Made by a program: the position numbers and the translations under genes
Source of the DNA: Octopus bimaculoides
Lineage: Eukaryota
Assembly (NCBI RefSeq): GCF_001194135.2
Contig: NC_068999.1
Coordinates: forward strand, 36,972,879-37,036,306
Length of the DNA stretch: 63,428 nt
Direction: 5' to 3'
Shown: piece after piece, positions 1-10,840 of the stretch
How positions within the stretch are numbered: position 1 is the first letter of the stretch
How the letters are laid out: each line of letters starts with the position of its first letter
Notes under the pieces: generated by a model
The model's input: only the letters and a program-made list of their open reading frames with translations
Databases searched by the model: none
Told to the model about the DNA's origin: nothing

Positions 1-7
1 ATGGTAC

Positions 8-271
8 TGTTATATGGACTGTTAGATATGTAATTCGTCTGACGTTCCGTGTGTCATGTGGTTCGTCTGAGTTCATTGTTTCATTGTTGTTGTCTTGTGG
101 GACTGTCGGAGTAAAAGGTCATTGATATATATATGGCGGACATGACTTTTGTTTATTCATAACGAACATTGGGTGAGTGCGTTCTTTGTATGTAATTGAA
201 CAATAAATGTAATAATTAAATTGTATAACTCGTTGTGTTATCTCTGCGAGTCACCCGAGGGAAACATAACA
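8..271 (+). mobile_element. Solo LTR (264 bp) of an LTR retrotransposon
   Basis: Starts TGTTAT (8) and ends ATAACA (271), flanked by an identical 5-bp TSD GGTAC (3-7, 272-276). An internal AATAAA lies near 203. TGTT...AACA termini with a 5-bp TSD fit BEL/Pao or some Gypsy/Copia elements. Confidence 0.85.
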
Positions 272-734
272 GGTACAAAATGAGAAAAGTAATAAGGAAT
301 CAGAAATTATTCATTTTGACACAGTTACCAATTTTTCCCCAGTTTCATAGTAATTCCAAGTGTTTGACAGAATGATGAAAAAAGAAAAAAAAAGGTTCGA
401 TTTAATGAAACATTTGAATATATATGCAATAATTCTAAAGCTGAAAATGAAAACTTTTAGCTGTTGAGAGATGTAATTTTATAATTAAAACTAAATTCAA
501 AAGTTTTCTTTACCTCCTTGCTTCATAAAACAAGACCAGTTTTCAAATCTTCACTGAAATAAGTTTAGAAGTAGAAATGTGTGTGTGTGTATGCACGCCT
601 TTAACTGCTATTGATCAAGCCCAGGTGAAGCTCAGTCCTGCATTGAAAGATTTTGGCCTAGAGGCAATAACATTTTTCTATCAATCTTATCTTTAAATAC
701 ACCTATATTTACACAAACACACATACACTCACAC

Positions 735-1100
735 ATGGATGCATACATACATTTTCGGGAGTGTTCTGTTGTTTCCTTTTCCTCTGTCATCTGAAAAGCA
801 TCTACAATTCCCAGGGGAAATTGTAAAGTGCTTTGAGACTAGGTATAGACTGTTTTTTTAATTGAATTATTTGGTGTCTCTTAAATGGCAAAAGTCTATG
901 GGTATTTATCATAAAAGAGAATCCATTACATATTCTAAGTCAAGATACCTTTGTATATTGAAAGAGAGCCTCATCGTGCCTGATTGCTGGGAGGTGTGTG
1001 TGGGGTGGGGTGGGGCTTCTAGTATTGAGTGCTACATACCTTTCCTAGCAGCACCCCACCCCCAATAACTAGATGCCTGGGGCAATTGCTCCCTCCGCAC
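735..1100 (+). repeat. Unclassified dispersed repeat, copy 1 (copy 2 inverted at ~22940-23285)
   Basis: Aligns by eye to the reverse complement of 22940-23285. The ORF track gives near-identical peptides NYLVSL(K/N)WQKSMGI at both sites. Confidence 0.8.
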
Positions 1101-2493
1101 CCCTATAAATCCAGCCCTGGGGTCAACTCTGGTGTGCATGTCAACCTCTTCACTCATACCTTAACCCCATCTAGCATACAGAGGCACACATCCTCCCTCT
1201 TTGGGTTCGTTGACTTGAGCGACATAATGACCCCAATAGTGCTGGTGACACAAAAACAAGCATCCAGTACACAGTGGAGAGTGGTTGGCACTAAGAAGGG
1301 TACCGAACTGTAGAAACCATGGCTAAGCAGGGATTGGAGCCCGATGCAATGTTTGACTTGTTGGATCCTTGTCAAACTGACTAGCATGAACATTTATGTT
1401 AAATAATGATGATGATGATGAGATATATATATATATATATGTATATCATTCTTATAGGTGACTTAATGAGAGTGATGAGGAATGTGTCTCACATGTGCGA
1501 CCCTATGGAATTGGAAAGACACATACGACACTTCTTCCACTACATGTAGTTCTCTGGCTAAAATCAAAGGGACAGGATTAGAGTGTACAAAGGTGCCAGG
1601 ACTAAGTACAACGCCATCATAGAGAGTGGTGCTGAGAGGATCTGCCTGCTGTACATTCTGGAGTAAATTCTGGAGCAGCACAGAAAGGACCAGAAATAAG
1701 ATAAATAAGGCCAATACTTGGTGTGACAACAAAAAATACCGAGCCTCAATAGAAAACAAGAATGGAACACCCACCACCACATTGCACCACATGACTAAAG
1801 AAAGTAGGGATGGGAAGAGAGGAAAAACGAAGAAAAAAAACCCTAAATAATACTCAGAAACAGACATATATGCACTCATCACTGATATTTATGAGAAATA
1901 GAAATAGATGTATAAAAAAAGCAGCTAAATAGATAAATAAATAAAACTATATAAATGGCATAAATACATACGAAGCAAACCCATACACACAAACACATGA
2001 AACTTCATGGACTGTCATAACAATGTCAACAACACGACTAACATGGTCAGCAGTGGCGGTGCCAATGATGGCAATAGCATCAACTACTATGATGGCAACA
2101 CCATGGGCAAACACACATGCACAGAGGAATACAGGAACTGTTCCATTCTTTTGGGTGGGGATGTTAAGAGGAGTTCTTTGGGGTTTGAATCATTCACCTG
2201 TGCAAACGTAGGTGTTTCATTCATCATCCTTAAACAAAACTTATTCAGGGTCCTTTTGAGCAGGATGGGCTGCTCAACTTGTAGAAAATTCTAACTGGGT
2301 CCCACCTGCAAGGTCATGTGTTGTTTATCTTGCTATGAGATCACCATGTTGTGCACATATGGTTGTGATGCATGTACCCGGTTCTACCCTTAGCAGACAG
2401 GTAGTCATGATGGGTATGCTGAACTTTGTATATTTGTACTTCAGTGTCAGTCTGATGGCATGCATTCCTCTCTCTCTCTTTCAATAATAATAA

Positions 2494-2685
2494 TCCTTTC
2501 TACGATCGGTACAAGGCCTGTAATTGTGGAGGCGGGGGCTAGTCGATTACATCGACCCCAGTGTTTCACTGGTACTTAATTTGTCAACCTTGGTGGAATT
2601 TGAACTCAGAACATAGCGGCAGATGAAATACTGTTAAGCATTTCACCCAGCGTGCTAATGATTCTGTCAGCTTGTTGCCTTGAAT
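2494..2685 (-). mobile_element. SINE family A (abundant octopus SINE, core ..gtcgactttgcctttcatcc..gataaaataagtaccag..)
   Basis: Reverse complement of the same ~200-bp unit seen at 4270-4880, 10390-10840, 21530-21732, 23340-24195, 34050-34240 and 59700-60300, with an (ATT)n-type tail. Confidence 0.8.
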
Positions 2686-2875
2686 AATAATAATAATAAG
2701 AAGAAGAAGAATAAGAATAATATAAATAAAATGTCAAATGTTTTGGTGCATGACTTTTGGCCCACCCTGTATATTTGTTATATATATATAATGTTAAATA
2801 TTTATTTTTTTGTTTTGGTGTTCATTTAAAAAAAAAAAATCCTTTCTCTTTTTCGTTTTTTGTACCACTCCTCAG

Positions 2876-2912
2876 TATGTTACACCAAGGAGATGCTGAA
2901 TTGCGGAAGAAA
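2876..2912 (+). CDS. Candidate internal coding exon of an unidentified gene (xMLHQGDAELRKK)
   Basis: Strong polypyrimidine tract plus CAG acceptor at 2874-2875 and a GTAAGG donor at 2913. It is phase 2 to 0, compatible with the candidate exon at 8756. Alternatively the frame runs on to a stop at 2957. No recognised homology. Confidence 0.3.
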
Positions 2913-4269
2913 GTAAGGAAACTTGTTGATGCTGGATTGTTAACTTTCAACTCTTGAGCGGCTAATTGGAGACACCACCAAATTTCCACCACCACAACAA
3001 GTCAACCACATTTAGACCATTCGGTCTAGTCTACACACTAGAATAGAATCTCATTGGAAGCCTTTTTTTTTCTTTTCCTTTTTTTCTTATTTACGTAAAA
3101 ACATATCTTTACCTTTCCCCCTTCTGCTAACTCACCCAACCCCTGCAGTGAGTGATCTATAGTTTCTGAGAACATTTAGTACAGCCATGCACACCCAACA
3201 CACATATGAGCATTATTATCCTTACACGTGTGTTTTTTTAACCATTAGTCAGGGGTGGGTGGTACAGGGCCCATAGTTTTATGCAAATGAAGTTATTGTG
3301 ATTTGATGTTCAGTTTAGATGATGTAGGTTTGTGGTTGAAGGTGGATTGGTGGGCAACAGGGTTAGAGTTTCACAGGGTATCAGTTAAGTGGCAGAAGAA
3401 TTGTACAAAAAGCATGTAAAAGAAAAAAAGAAACTTTTTTTTAAAACTCATTAATCTGGGTGAAGGGAGAGAAAAAGCCTGTTTTGGTTCCTTTTGACAA
3501 ATCAGTAAAGAATAATTGATTGTAATTAATGTGGTTACTGTTGACAAGGACGAAAGTTCCAGGTGGAGGCAAGATTAGGGAAGAAGGATTGTATAATGTA
3601 TTTAGCTAAAAAATGTAAATGATGAAACACAATGTGTGATATGATGAGAAGATGAGAAAAGTTTGTCAGATCAGGGGAGCAGAGCCTGTTGTAATCGTAT
3701 AATGAAAAACATAGTGAAGACAGCTTGAAACTGGATCAACAACCTATTTCTCTCTCCTCATCTTTCCTTCATTTGACAAGAAGTTCTGCAAACCCTCCTT
3801 CAGACCTACATCATCACTGATGTCCTTTAGCTTAAAAAAAAATTATCTAAAGTTAAGCAGCTTAAATGATGGAACCACAGCACAAAAAAAAAAAAAATGA
3901 AAAACAAAACAAACATTTAGATGTGACCCTCGATTTATAAACAGCATGTGATACCACTGCCTGATGCAGGATTTGAACTCCTGAGCTATTAACTAAAAAG
4001 CCTATATGTTATCTGCTTGACTATTTGAGCTTCCAATTTCTTTTGTTGAGTAACATTTATAGACTAATGTATGACTGCAAGGTCTTTGGTCTTGTACACA
4101 AACTCACAGCTTTCAGGTCACCGTGAACACCCTACTAGTCACTTTAACTAGGGTATTGTATACTGTAGAATACACAAGCATAAAAATAATAACTCAGAAA
4201 TATTAAAAAAGCACTCATCATCATTCTTCTTCTCATTATTATTATTATTATTATGATATATATATTAAG

Positions 4270-4880
4270 AAGGCAGTGAGCTGACAGAATCGTTAACACC
4301 CGGACAAAATGCTTAGCAGCATTTCATCTATCTTCAAATTCTGAGTTCAAATCCTATTGAGGTTGACTTTGCCTTTCATCCTTTGGGGTTGATAAAATAA
4401 GTACCAGTTGAGTACTGAATTCAATGCAATCGACTTACACCCCTCCCCAAAATTGCTGGCCTTGTGCCATAATTTGAAATCATTATTATTAAGATAGCAA
4501 GCTGGCAGAATCATTAGCATGCCACACAAAATGCTTAGCGCCGCTAAGGTCAACTTTGCTTATCAGCCTTTTGGGGTCGATGAAGTGATTACTAGTTATG
4601 TACTGGGGTTAATATAATCAACTAGCCCTGACCCCAAAATTTCAGGTCTTATGCCTTTAGTAGAAAGGATTATTATTATTATGGTGAATTGACAGAATTG
4701 GTAGTGTCAGACAAAATGTTCAATGACATTTGTTACAGCTCTTTACATTCTGAGTTCAAATCTCACCAAAGTCAACTTTGCCTTTCATCCTGCCAGGGTT
4801 GATAAAATAAAGTACCGGTCTAGTATTAATACCTTTCTCTCAGAATTTGAACTTGTTCCCAAATATGAAAGTTATTATTA
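4270..4880 (+). mobile_element. Three head-to-tail copies of SINE family A
   Basis: Units start at ~4270, ~4491 and ~4681, each with (c/t)tg(g/a)cagaat..., gtcaactttgc..ttcatc and an attattatt tail. Confidence 0.8.
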
Positions 4881-5664
4881 TGGCTAGACAGGACTATAAT
4901 TTTGTAGGTAAGGTGAGATCTTAGGTTAGAGAAATTTACTCACCCCACTGCAGTTTATTATTGGTATTTCTCGTCTTGAATCCCAACATTTGACAGAGGA
5001 ATAAATATCAGTGTCAATTCTGATAGAATTTGAACTAAGAACTGCAAATATTTCGATAGTTGCTCTTCCTGGTGAACATTGTGAAGACTGTATGCTGTCA
5101 CACTTAATATTTTGCTATATTTACCTTACAAGCCATCAAAAACGGTAACTTTGACCCTCTGGAATGGATACAATCATAAATGAAAAAAATACAGTAATAG
5201 TCAGGTGTTCATCTAGTACACTGTATCTCTCTTTCAAAAAAAAGAAAAACCAAAAATATACCAATTTTATGCTTGAAAAATTAATCCAATATTTTCCACA
5301 TGTAGAACAGTGGAGTTTGGCTCAGTGCTGTAAGAACCTGTTTAGGTTCATTAGCATTTCCTACTTCAGTATCTCATTGCTTTTTAGTTCAAACCTTGTC
5401 ATGACTAAGACAACACCATTTTCTTTCCTTCTACAGTGAGCCTGTTGACTGTTTCTTCTCCCCACTTTTTTTTCTCTCTTATTATTAGGAGACAAAAATC
5501 TATATTTGCTTCCTTGAGATAAATTTTACTAAGAAAACCTTTACTATGTTCTTTTTTTCCCCTCTCTCTGAGATTCTCTGTAAATTTAGCAAATAAAATC
5601 TATTTTTCTGCACATTGTCCTTTGTTGGTTTTTATGTTTGTTTTATAATCAAAGGATTATTTTT

Positions 5665-6040
5665 GGCCTTTTAACCATTTCAGTCATTAGATTGTGGCCA
5701 TGCTGGGGCACTGCCTTGAAGAATTTTTAGTAGAATGGATTGCTCCAGTACTTTTATATTTTTAAGCTTGGTACTTATTCTATCACTCTCTTTTGCTGAA
5801 CTGCTAAGTTATGGGGATGTAAACACACCAACACATTGTCAAGCAGTGGTGGAAGACAATCATACAAAGACATACACACACCCTCATGATGTGCTGTTTC
5901 AGTTTCCGTCTACCAAAATCGACTCACAGGCCCGAGGCCATCATAGGAGACACTTACCTAGGGTGCTTTGCAGTGTGACTGAACCCAGAACCATGTGGTT
6001 GGGAAGTAAACTTCTTACCACAAAGCTGTGCCTGTACTTA
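5665..6040 (-). mobile_element. SINE family B (5665-5885) followed by tRNA-headed SINE family C (5885-6040)
   Basis: B matches 27545-27750. C matches 15715-15865 and 54655-54815 (..cagtttccgtctaccaaa..gaaccatgtggttg..cttcttaccac). Confidence 0.75.
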
Positions 6041-6293
6041 TGGTGGTAACTTACATGTCAAAATCAGTAAAATGCATGCAAATAATTCAAAATAGTGAAA
6101 GTCAACCGTTAAGGATGAATCTGATATAAATATAGTTTAAGTTAATGTAAATACATTTAAAGTAGTGAACTTAACAATGTAATTATAATTATGTATTGAA
6201 GAAATGACAACAAGAGCTCATTTTTTTTTTTTTTTCTAATTTCACTGAGATACAACTCTGGATGTTTCTAAAATTTCTGGTTTATTTACATAT

Positions 6294-6573
6294 GCAAGAT
6301 GTCTACATGTTTCTAGACTATAATGTAGGAATGAATACTGTACTCTTCAAAAATATCAAAAATGAAATAAAAGTCTTATAAAAAATATACCAAATGTCAC
6401 ATTAGAATGAGTTCTTAACAAATACTTCAAAAGGTAATCAATCATTGCTTGACTGGTCTCAAGAACAACTACACAAGGCTTAAACATTTCTGGGTTACAT
6501 ACACAGAGTCTAGATGCTTCTGGACTATATATATATATATATATATGTGCAAGGAGTCTACATACCTTTGGAC

Positions 6574-6605
<32 letters not shown>

Positions 6606-6770
6606 CAAGGTGTCTATATGTTTCTGGATTGTATACACAAAGCGTCCAGATATTTCTGGACAACACAGACAATGAGTACTTCATGTAGGAAACAATGTCA
6701 TATATTTCAAAATATCAAACATGAAAAAAATATATTAAACATCACATTAAAAATGAGTTTAACGTATACT
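6294..6770. repeat. Degenerate ~22-bp motif array with microsatellite spacers inside a larger local duplication
   Basis: Motif GTCTAnATGnTTCTGGACTATA at 6301, 6508, 6556, 6612 and 6644, separated in part by (TA)n/(TG)n. 6340-6420 resembles 6700-6770. Confidence 0.6.
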
Positions 6771-7134
6771 TAGAGGGCAATGCTTGCTAGATTAGTTTTG
6801 AGAATGACTATTCTGCATTTACGAAACTACAATCTATACAAGATGCAAAACCATTCAATAAGTAAGCAACATTGTGATCTTATTTTAAAATACTTATTTT
6901 GTGTTATACATTATATATATACATTAATATCAAACAGTGAGGATGAGTTCTCAACACTGCGCTGGTAGATAAATATTCTTTATTTGTGGGTTAACAAGGA
7001 TACCTTTGGTTTCATACCAAAAGAAAATTTCTCAGCAATTGACAAGCCTTTCATATGGGATGTTGGTATACATCTCCATCTTGAATGAGAATACACTACA
7101 CATTTATATTTATATATATATATATATATATATA

Positions 7135-8623
7135 CCATATATTTCCGTGTACAAGATGAGGTGAAAATTTCTTTAAAAATTTCATTTATCTCTTATCTGT
7201 AGTATAAGATGACTGCTAATTTTAACAACCATCTGTGTGCAGGCCAGCTTTTGCAACAACAGGTATCTTTAGAAATACTGGCCATGTACAGATGATGTTA
7301 TTACAATTTTTTTTATTATATCCTTAGAAACTAAAGGAGTGAAAACTGCACTTTAAATGCACAGGATGAGAAAATGAGGTTTACGGTGATTATTATCCTG
7401 CATGGCTGATGGTACAAAATTAAAACCTATGGTTATTTTTAAACATAAAACAAAGCCCAAAATACATTTTCCTCCTGGCGTTTTTGTTCATTTTCACGAG
7501 AAAGAGTGGTGCGAAATTACAGCTTGAGAATATTTAGAACGGGGCGAGGTGGCATACGAAACCAGCGCAGTTTATTGGTTTTGAGATATGTTTTGCAGCC
7601 ACTTAACGGCAAATACTAAAACCCGGTTATCCGGAACAATATTGATATTGCTGTTATTCCTGATGGTTTGATTCCTATACTGCAGCCACTTGATGTCAGT
7701 TTAAATAAACCATTTAAAGATAATGTGAGAGCAACCAATGGAATGTCTGGATGATGAATGGAGAAAAATCTTGTACAAAAGGTGGAGCTATGCATGCTGC
7801 CTCAATGTTCTGTGATTTTGTTATAAAGGCATGGGACAAAGTTAAAGTAGAAAATGTGATAAAATCATTTAAAAAATGCAGTGTCTCTAATGCCATGGAT
7901 GGTACTGAAGATGATATTCTGTACAATAGCGATGAAGTCGAAGTCAGTTCACCAGAACCAGACTGGAATCCTTATGATGATGGCATATGTGATGAAACTT
8001 TTAGAAACAGATACTGATGATTGTGAGGTGTTTGATGTGGCAGGTTTGATGTTTTATTAATATTAATTATCTTGATAGGAAATTTTAAAAAATTTATAAT
8101 GTCTTATGTTTTAAATGCAACAACTGTAAAATAATTTTATTGAAAAATAAAGGTTGTGTGTAATCCAAATTGTGTTATTTACCACCAAATGAGAATAGAT
8201 ATTTTATGAAAAATATAAATATGTTATTACTACAGTTATACATTATCATTGAAATTTTTGAAAGGTTAGCAAATGATAAAGGTTACTGTGAGTGCAACCA
8301 AAACTCAATGTTTACATTTTCTCAGCCGAGCTTGCATAGATAAAAGTTGATTTCAATGACAGAGAATTATCTCTCAAACAGGCTATTTATTGTAAAGGTA
8401 TGCCAATAATATAAAAAATGCTTTTATTACCTATATTATTTGTTTTTATTTTGTTAATCTATTCACGTATGTCTGTGGTTATCGCTCTAAGGTCAAGGTT
8501 AGCTTACTTATAAAATTACTTAAAATTTGAAGTTTGATTTTTAGAATGGTGGTTTAAGACAACGCCAAAATTCTCGGGTAAATTTTTGAATTTAAAGCTA
8601 GTCTTATATGCAGAAATATACGG
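7135..8623 (+). mobile_element. pogo-superfamily DNA transposon (POGK-like), decayed and internally deleted
   Basis: TIRs CCATATATTTCCGTGTACAAGA and TCTTATATGCAGAAATATACGG, with TA TSDs at 7133-34 and 8624-25. DDE_1 remnants SCMADGTKLKPMVIFKHKTKPKIHFPPGVFVHFHEK and IAVIPDGLIPILQPLDVSLNKPFKD. Confidence 0.85.
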
Positions 8624-8755
8624 TATATAAATGTTTCTTTTTACGTCAAGTTATATACAAAAACAATTGAACATTAAACTGAAGGACTACTGAATACTTT
8701 ATGGTTTGAGCAGTTTGTATAGAGATGATGACATTATAGCTCTTTAAAATTTCAG

Positions 8756-8839
8756 ATGACTAAAACCCCAGATGGAAAAAAAGCAGTGAGATACAGAATG
8801 AAATACACACACAAAGAAGAAATTCTAACATGCTGCTAG
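8756..8839 (+). CDS. Candidate terminal coding exon (MTKTPDGKKAVRYRMKYTHKEEILTCC*)
   Basis: TTTCAG acceptor at 8750-8755, purine-rich exon-like composition, stop TAG at 8837-8839. Phase 0 matches the donor at 2912. No recognised homology. Confidence 0.3.
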   Translation: MTKTPDGKKAVRYRMKYTHKEEILTCC

Positions 8840-9234
8840 CTTCTTATGCATCATCACTATCATTTTATATCCACTGTCTGTACTACCATGAACCTTAAGG
8901 GTCACCACTACTTGTGTCAGTTCTTATGATATATATATATATATACAGATTTAAAAAATGGAGCAACAATTAACAATGTTATTTTAACTATAATTAAACT
9001 ATTACCATTCAATACCAATGATCAACTTCTAAATGTTAATTGTAGCTCCATTTCTTCCCTTATCTGAATATATTAAACCATGGTTTTACCATTTAAATTA
9101 CCAACTACTGTTAACCCTATAGCAAGGCCTATACATAGGTAATACACCAGTAGTGCCTACGGATACATTTATCTCTTAGACAGTTGCATAACCTCTAACC
9201 CATAAATTTTTAATATATATATATATATCCGTTT

Positions 9235-9420
9235 TCGTGCGGGTGACACGTAAAAGCACCCACTACACTCTCTGAGTGGTTGGCGTTAGGAAGGGCATCC
9301 AGTTGTAGAAACTCTGCCAAATTAGATTGGAGCCTGATGTAGCCATCCGGTTGCACCAGTCCTCAGTTAAATCATCCAACCCATGCTAGCATGGAAAGCG
9401 GACGTTAAACGATGATGATG
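9235..9420 (+). mobile_element. Repeat family D (RTE 3'-tail/SINE ending in (GAT)n)
   Basis: ..gtggttggcgttaggaagggcatccag..catgctagcatggaaagcggacgttaaacgatgatg. Other copies lie at ~32845-32950, 44250-44360, 49480-49985, 55135-55620 and 56510-56860. Confidence 0.8.
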
Positions 9421-9436
9421 ATATATATATATATAT

Positions 9437-9655
9437 ATAAGCAAAGTTTAGGTTAGTTAAAATGTGTTTGTGACCTATTTCAACTGCTAAAAGGTAAATC
9501 CACTACAGATGCGATAGAGAAAATTTTTGTCTTATGATAAAAAGGTGATCTTCAACTGAAGAGAAAAATTTTCTCTATGGTAGCTGCATTGAATTTGTCT
9601 TTTAGCAGTTGAAATATATCACAAATGTATTTTAACCAACCTAAACTTTGTTTAT
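9437..9655. mobile_element. MITE-like palindrome with ~90-bp imperfect inverted arms
   Basis: 9437-9527 (ataagcaaagtttaggttagttaaaat..ttcaactgctaaaag..atagagaaaattttt) pairs with 9561-9655 (..aaaattttctctat..cttttagcagttgaaat..ccaacctaaactttgtttat). Confidence 0.75.
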
Positions 9656-9728
9656 GCTGAAACACTGCTTGGTGCTAATAGTTCAGTAATATATATGATT
9701 GAAATTTTTCCATAATACCTGATATTTC

Positions 9729-10360
9729 TCAGAGAAATTTCCCAAACACTGTCCCAACGGAAATAAATACAAATGCTAACCCTACACCTTCTTTATAGCC
9801 ATATTCTGAGACTGGCAAGTCATTGGAACGATATAACTCTACCAGTTTCCAACAACTCACCAGGAAGTGGGCTAAATCAGGAATCATTAAAGCAACATTT
9901 CGTACATTTTGGAATGTTCGTCCATGTGCATAGATTACATGTGTTATGAATTGGTCCATTCCACTGAGCAAGATGTGTATTGTGCTAATGCAAATGATGA
10001 AAAATATCTTCTTGAAGGTGACGGAATTGCGAGAGTCACACATGTTTAGGACTATTGCAGTAACAATCATTTCGGTGATCATGAAGTAGATGTGGTGGTA
10101 GAAGTATGGATAAAAATCTTCGTTGAAGTAGTTAAATATGGACCACCATGAATAATAATGAGGATAGATGTTTATGACAAACAGACTGAACATCACCCAG
10201 CGGACATGTATCCGAGAAAATATTAAGCTGTATATGTATTTTACACTTTCGTATGTTATTGCTACAAAGAATACAGTGAAAATCCAAACTCCGAATGTCT
10301 GTGGCGTTGCGTTGAAGTAGATGTGTTTGTACAAAATGATTCCTTGGTTTTCATAGGCAC
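9729..10360 (-). CDS. Terminal coding exon of an uncharacterised multi-pass (~7 TM) membrane protein
   Basis: 632-nt open frame from a CTAG acceptor (10361-62, after a long pyrimidine tract) to TGA at 9729-31, phase 1. Translation GAYENQGIILYKHIYFNATPQTFGVWIFTVFF..PHYYSWWSIFNYFNEDFYPYFYHH..HILLSGMDQF..PDLAH..FGKFL* contains six hydrophobic segments. The ORF extension to 10469 runs into SINE/intron sequence. Confidence 0.9.
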
Positions 10361-10389
10361 CTAGAGGAGGAAGGAAGAAGAAAGGAATT

Positions 10390-10840
10390 AATAATGATTT
10401 CGAATTTTGGTACAAGGCCAGCAATTTTGGGAGCAGGGGTAAGTTGATTACATTGACCCCAGTGGTCAACTGGTACTCATTTTATTGACCCTAAAGCACG
10501 AAAGGTAAAGTCGACCTTGACAGAATTTGAACTCAGAATGTAAAGACAAATGAAATATCACTAAGTATTTTGCCTGGCATGCTAATGATTCTGCCAACTT
10601 GACACCTTAAGAAAAGAATTAATAATCATTTCTACTATAGACACAAGGCCTGAAATTTTAGGGGTGGGGTCTAGTTGATTAAATCGACCCCAGTGCTCAG
10701 CTGGTACTGATTTTATCGACCCTTGAAAGTATGAAAGGTAAAGTTGACCTCGGCAGGATTTGAACTCAGAATGTAAAGATGGACGAAATACCACTAAACA
10801 TTTTGCCCAGTGTGCTAATGATTCTGCCAGCTCACTGCCA
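10390..10840 (-). mobile_element. Two tandem SINE family A copies
   Basis: The same family A core occurs twice, immediately inside the intron acceptor of the membrane-protein gene. Confidence 0.8.

Noticed and set aside
1463-1882. 139-aa minus-strand ORF and overlapping ORFs
   Set aside because: No splice or homology support. The opposite strand shows a stop-riddled remnant, probably a decayed retroelement.
6294-6670. Repeat-spacer pattern superficially like a CRISPR array
   Set aside because: Eukaryotic context, very degenerate repeats, microsatellite spacers of irregular length, and no cas genes.
10130-10210. HVRWVMFSL resembles the helix-C RW motif of microbial rhodopsins and heliorhodopsins, in a 7-TM protein
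   Set aside because: The only Lys in the last helix is three residues from the C-terminus rather than mid-helix, and the other retinal-pocket motifs are absent.
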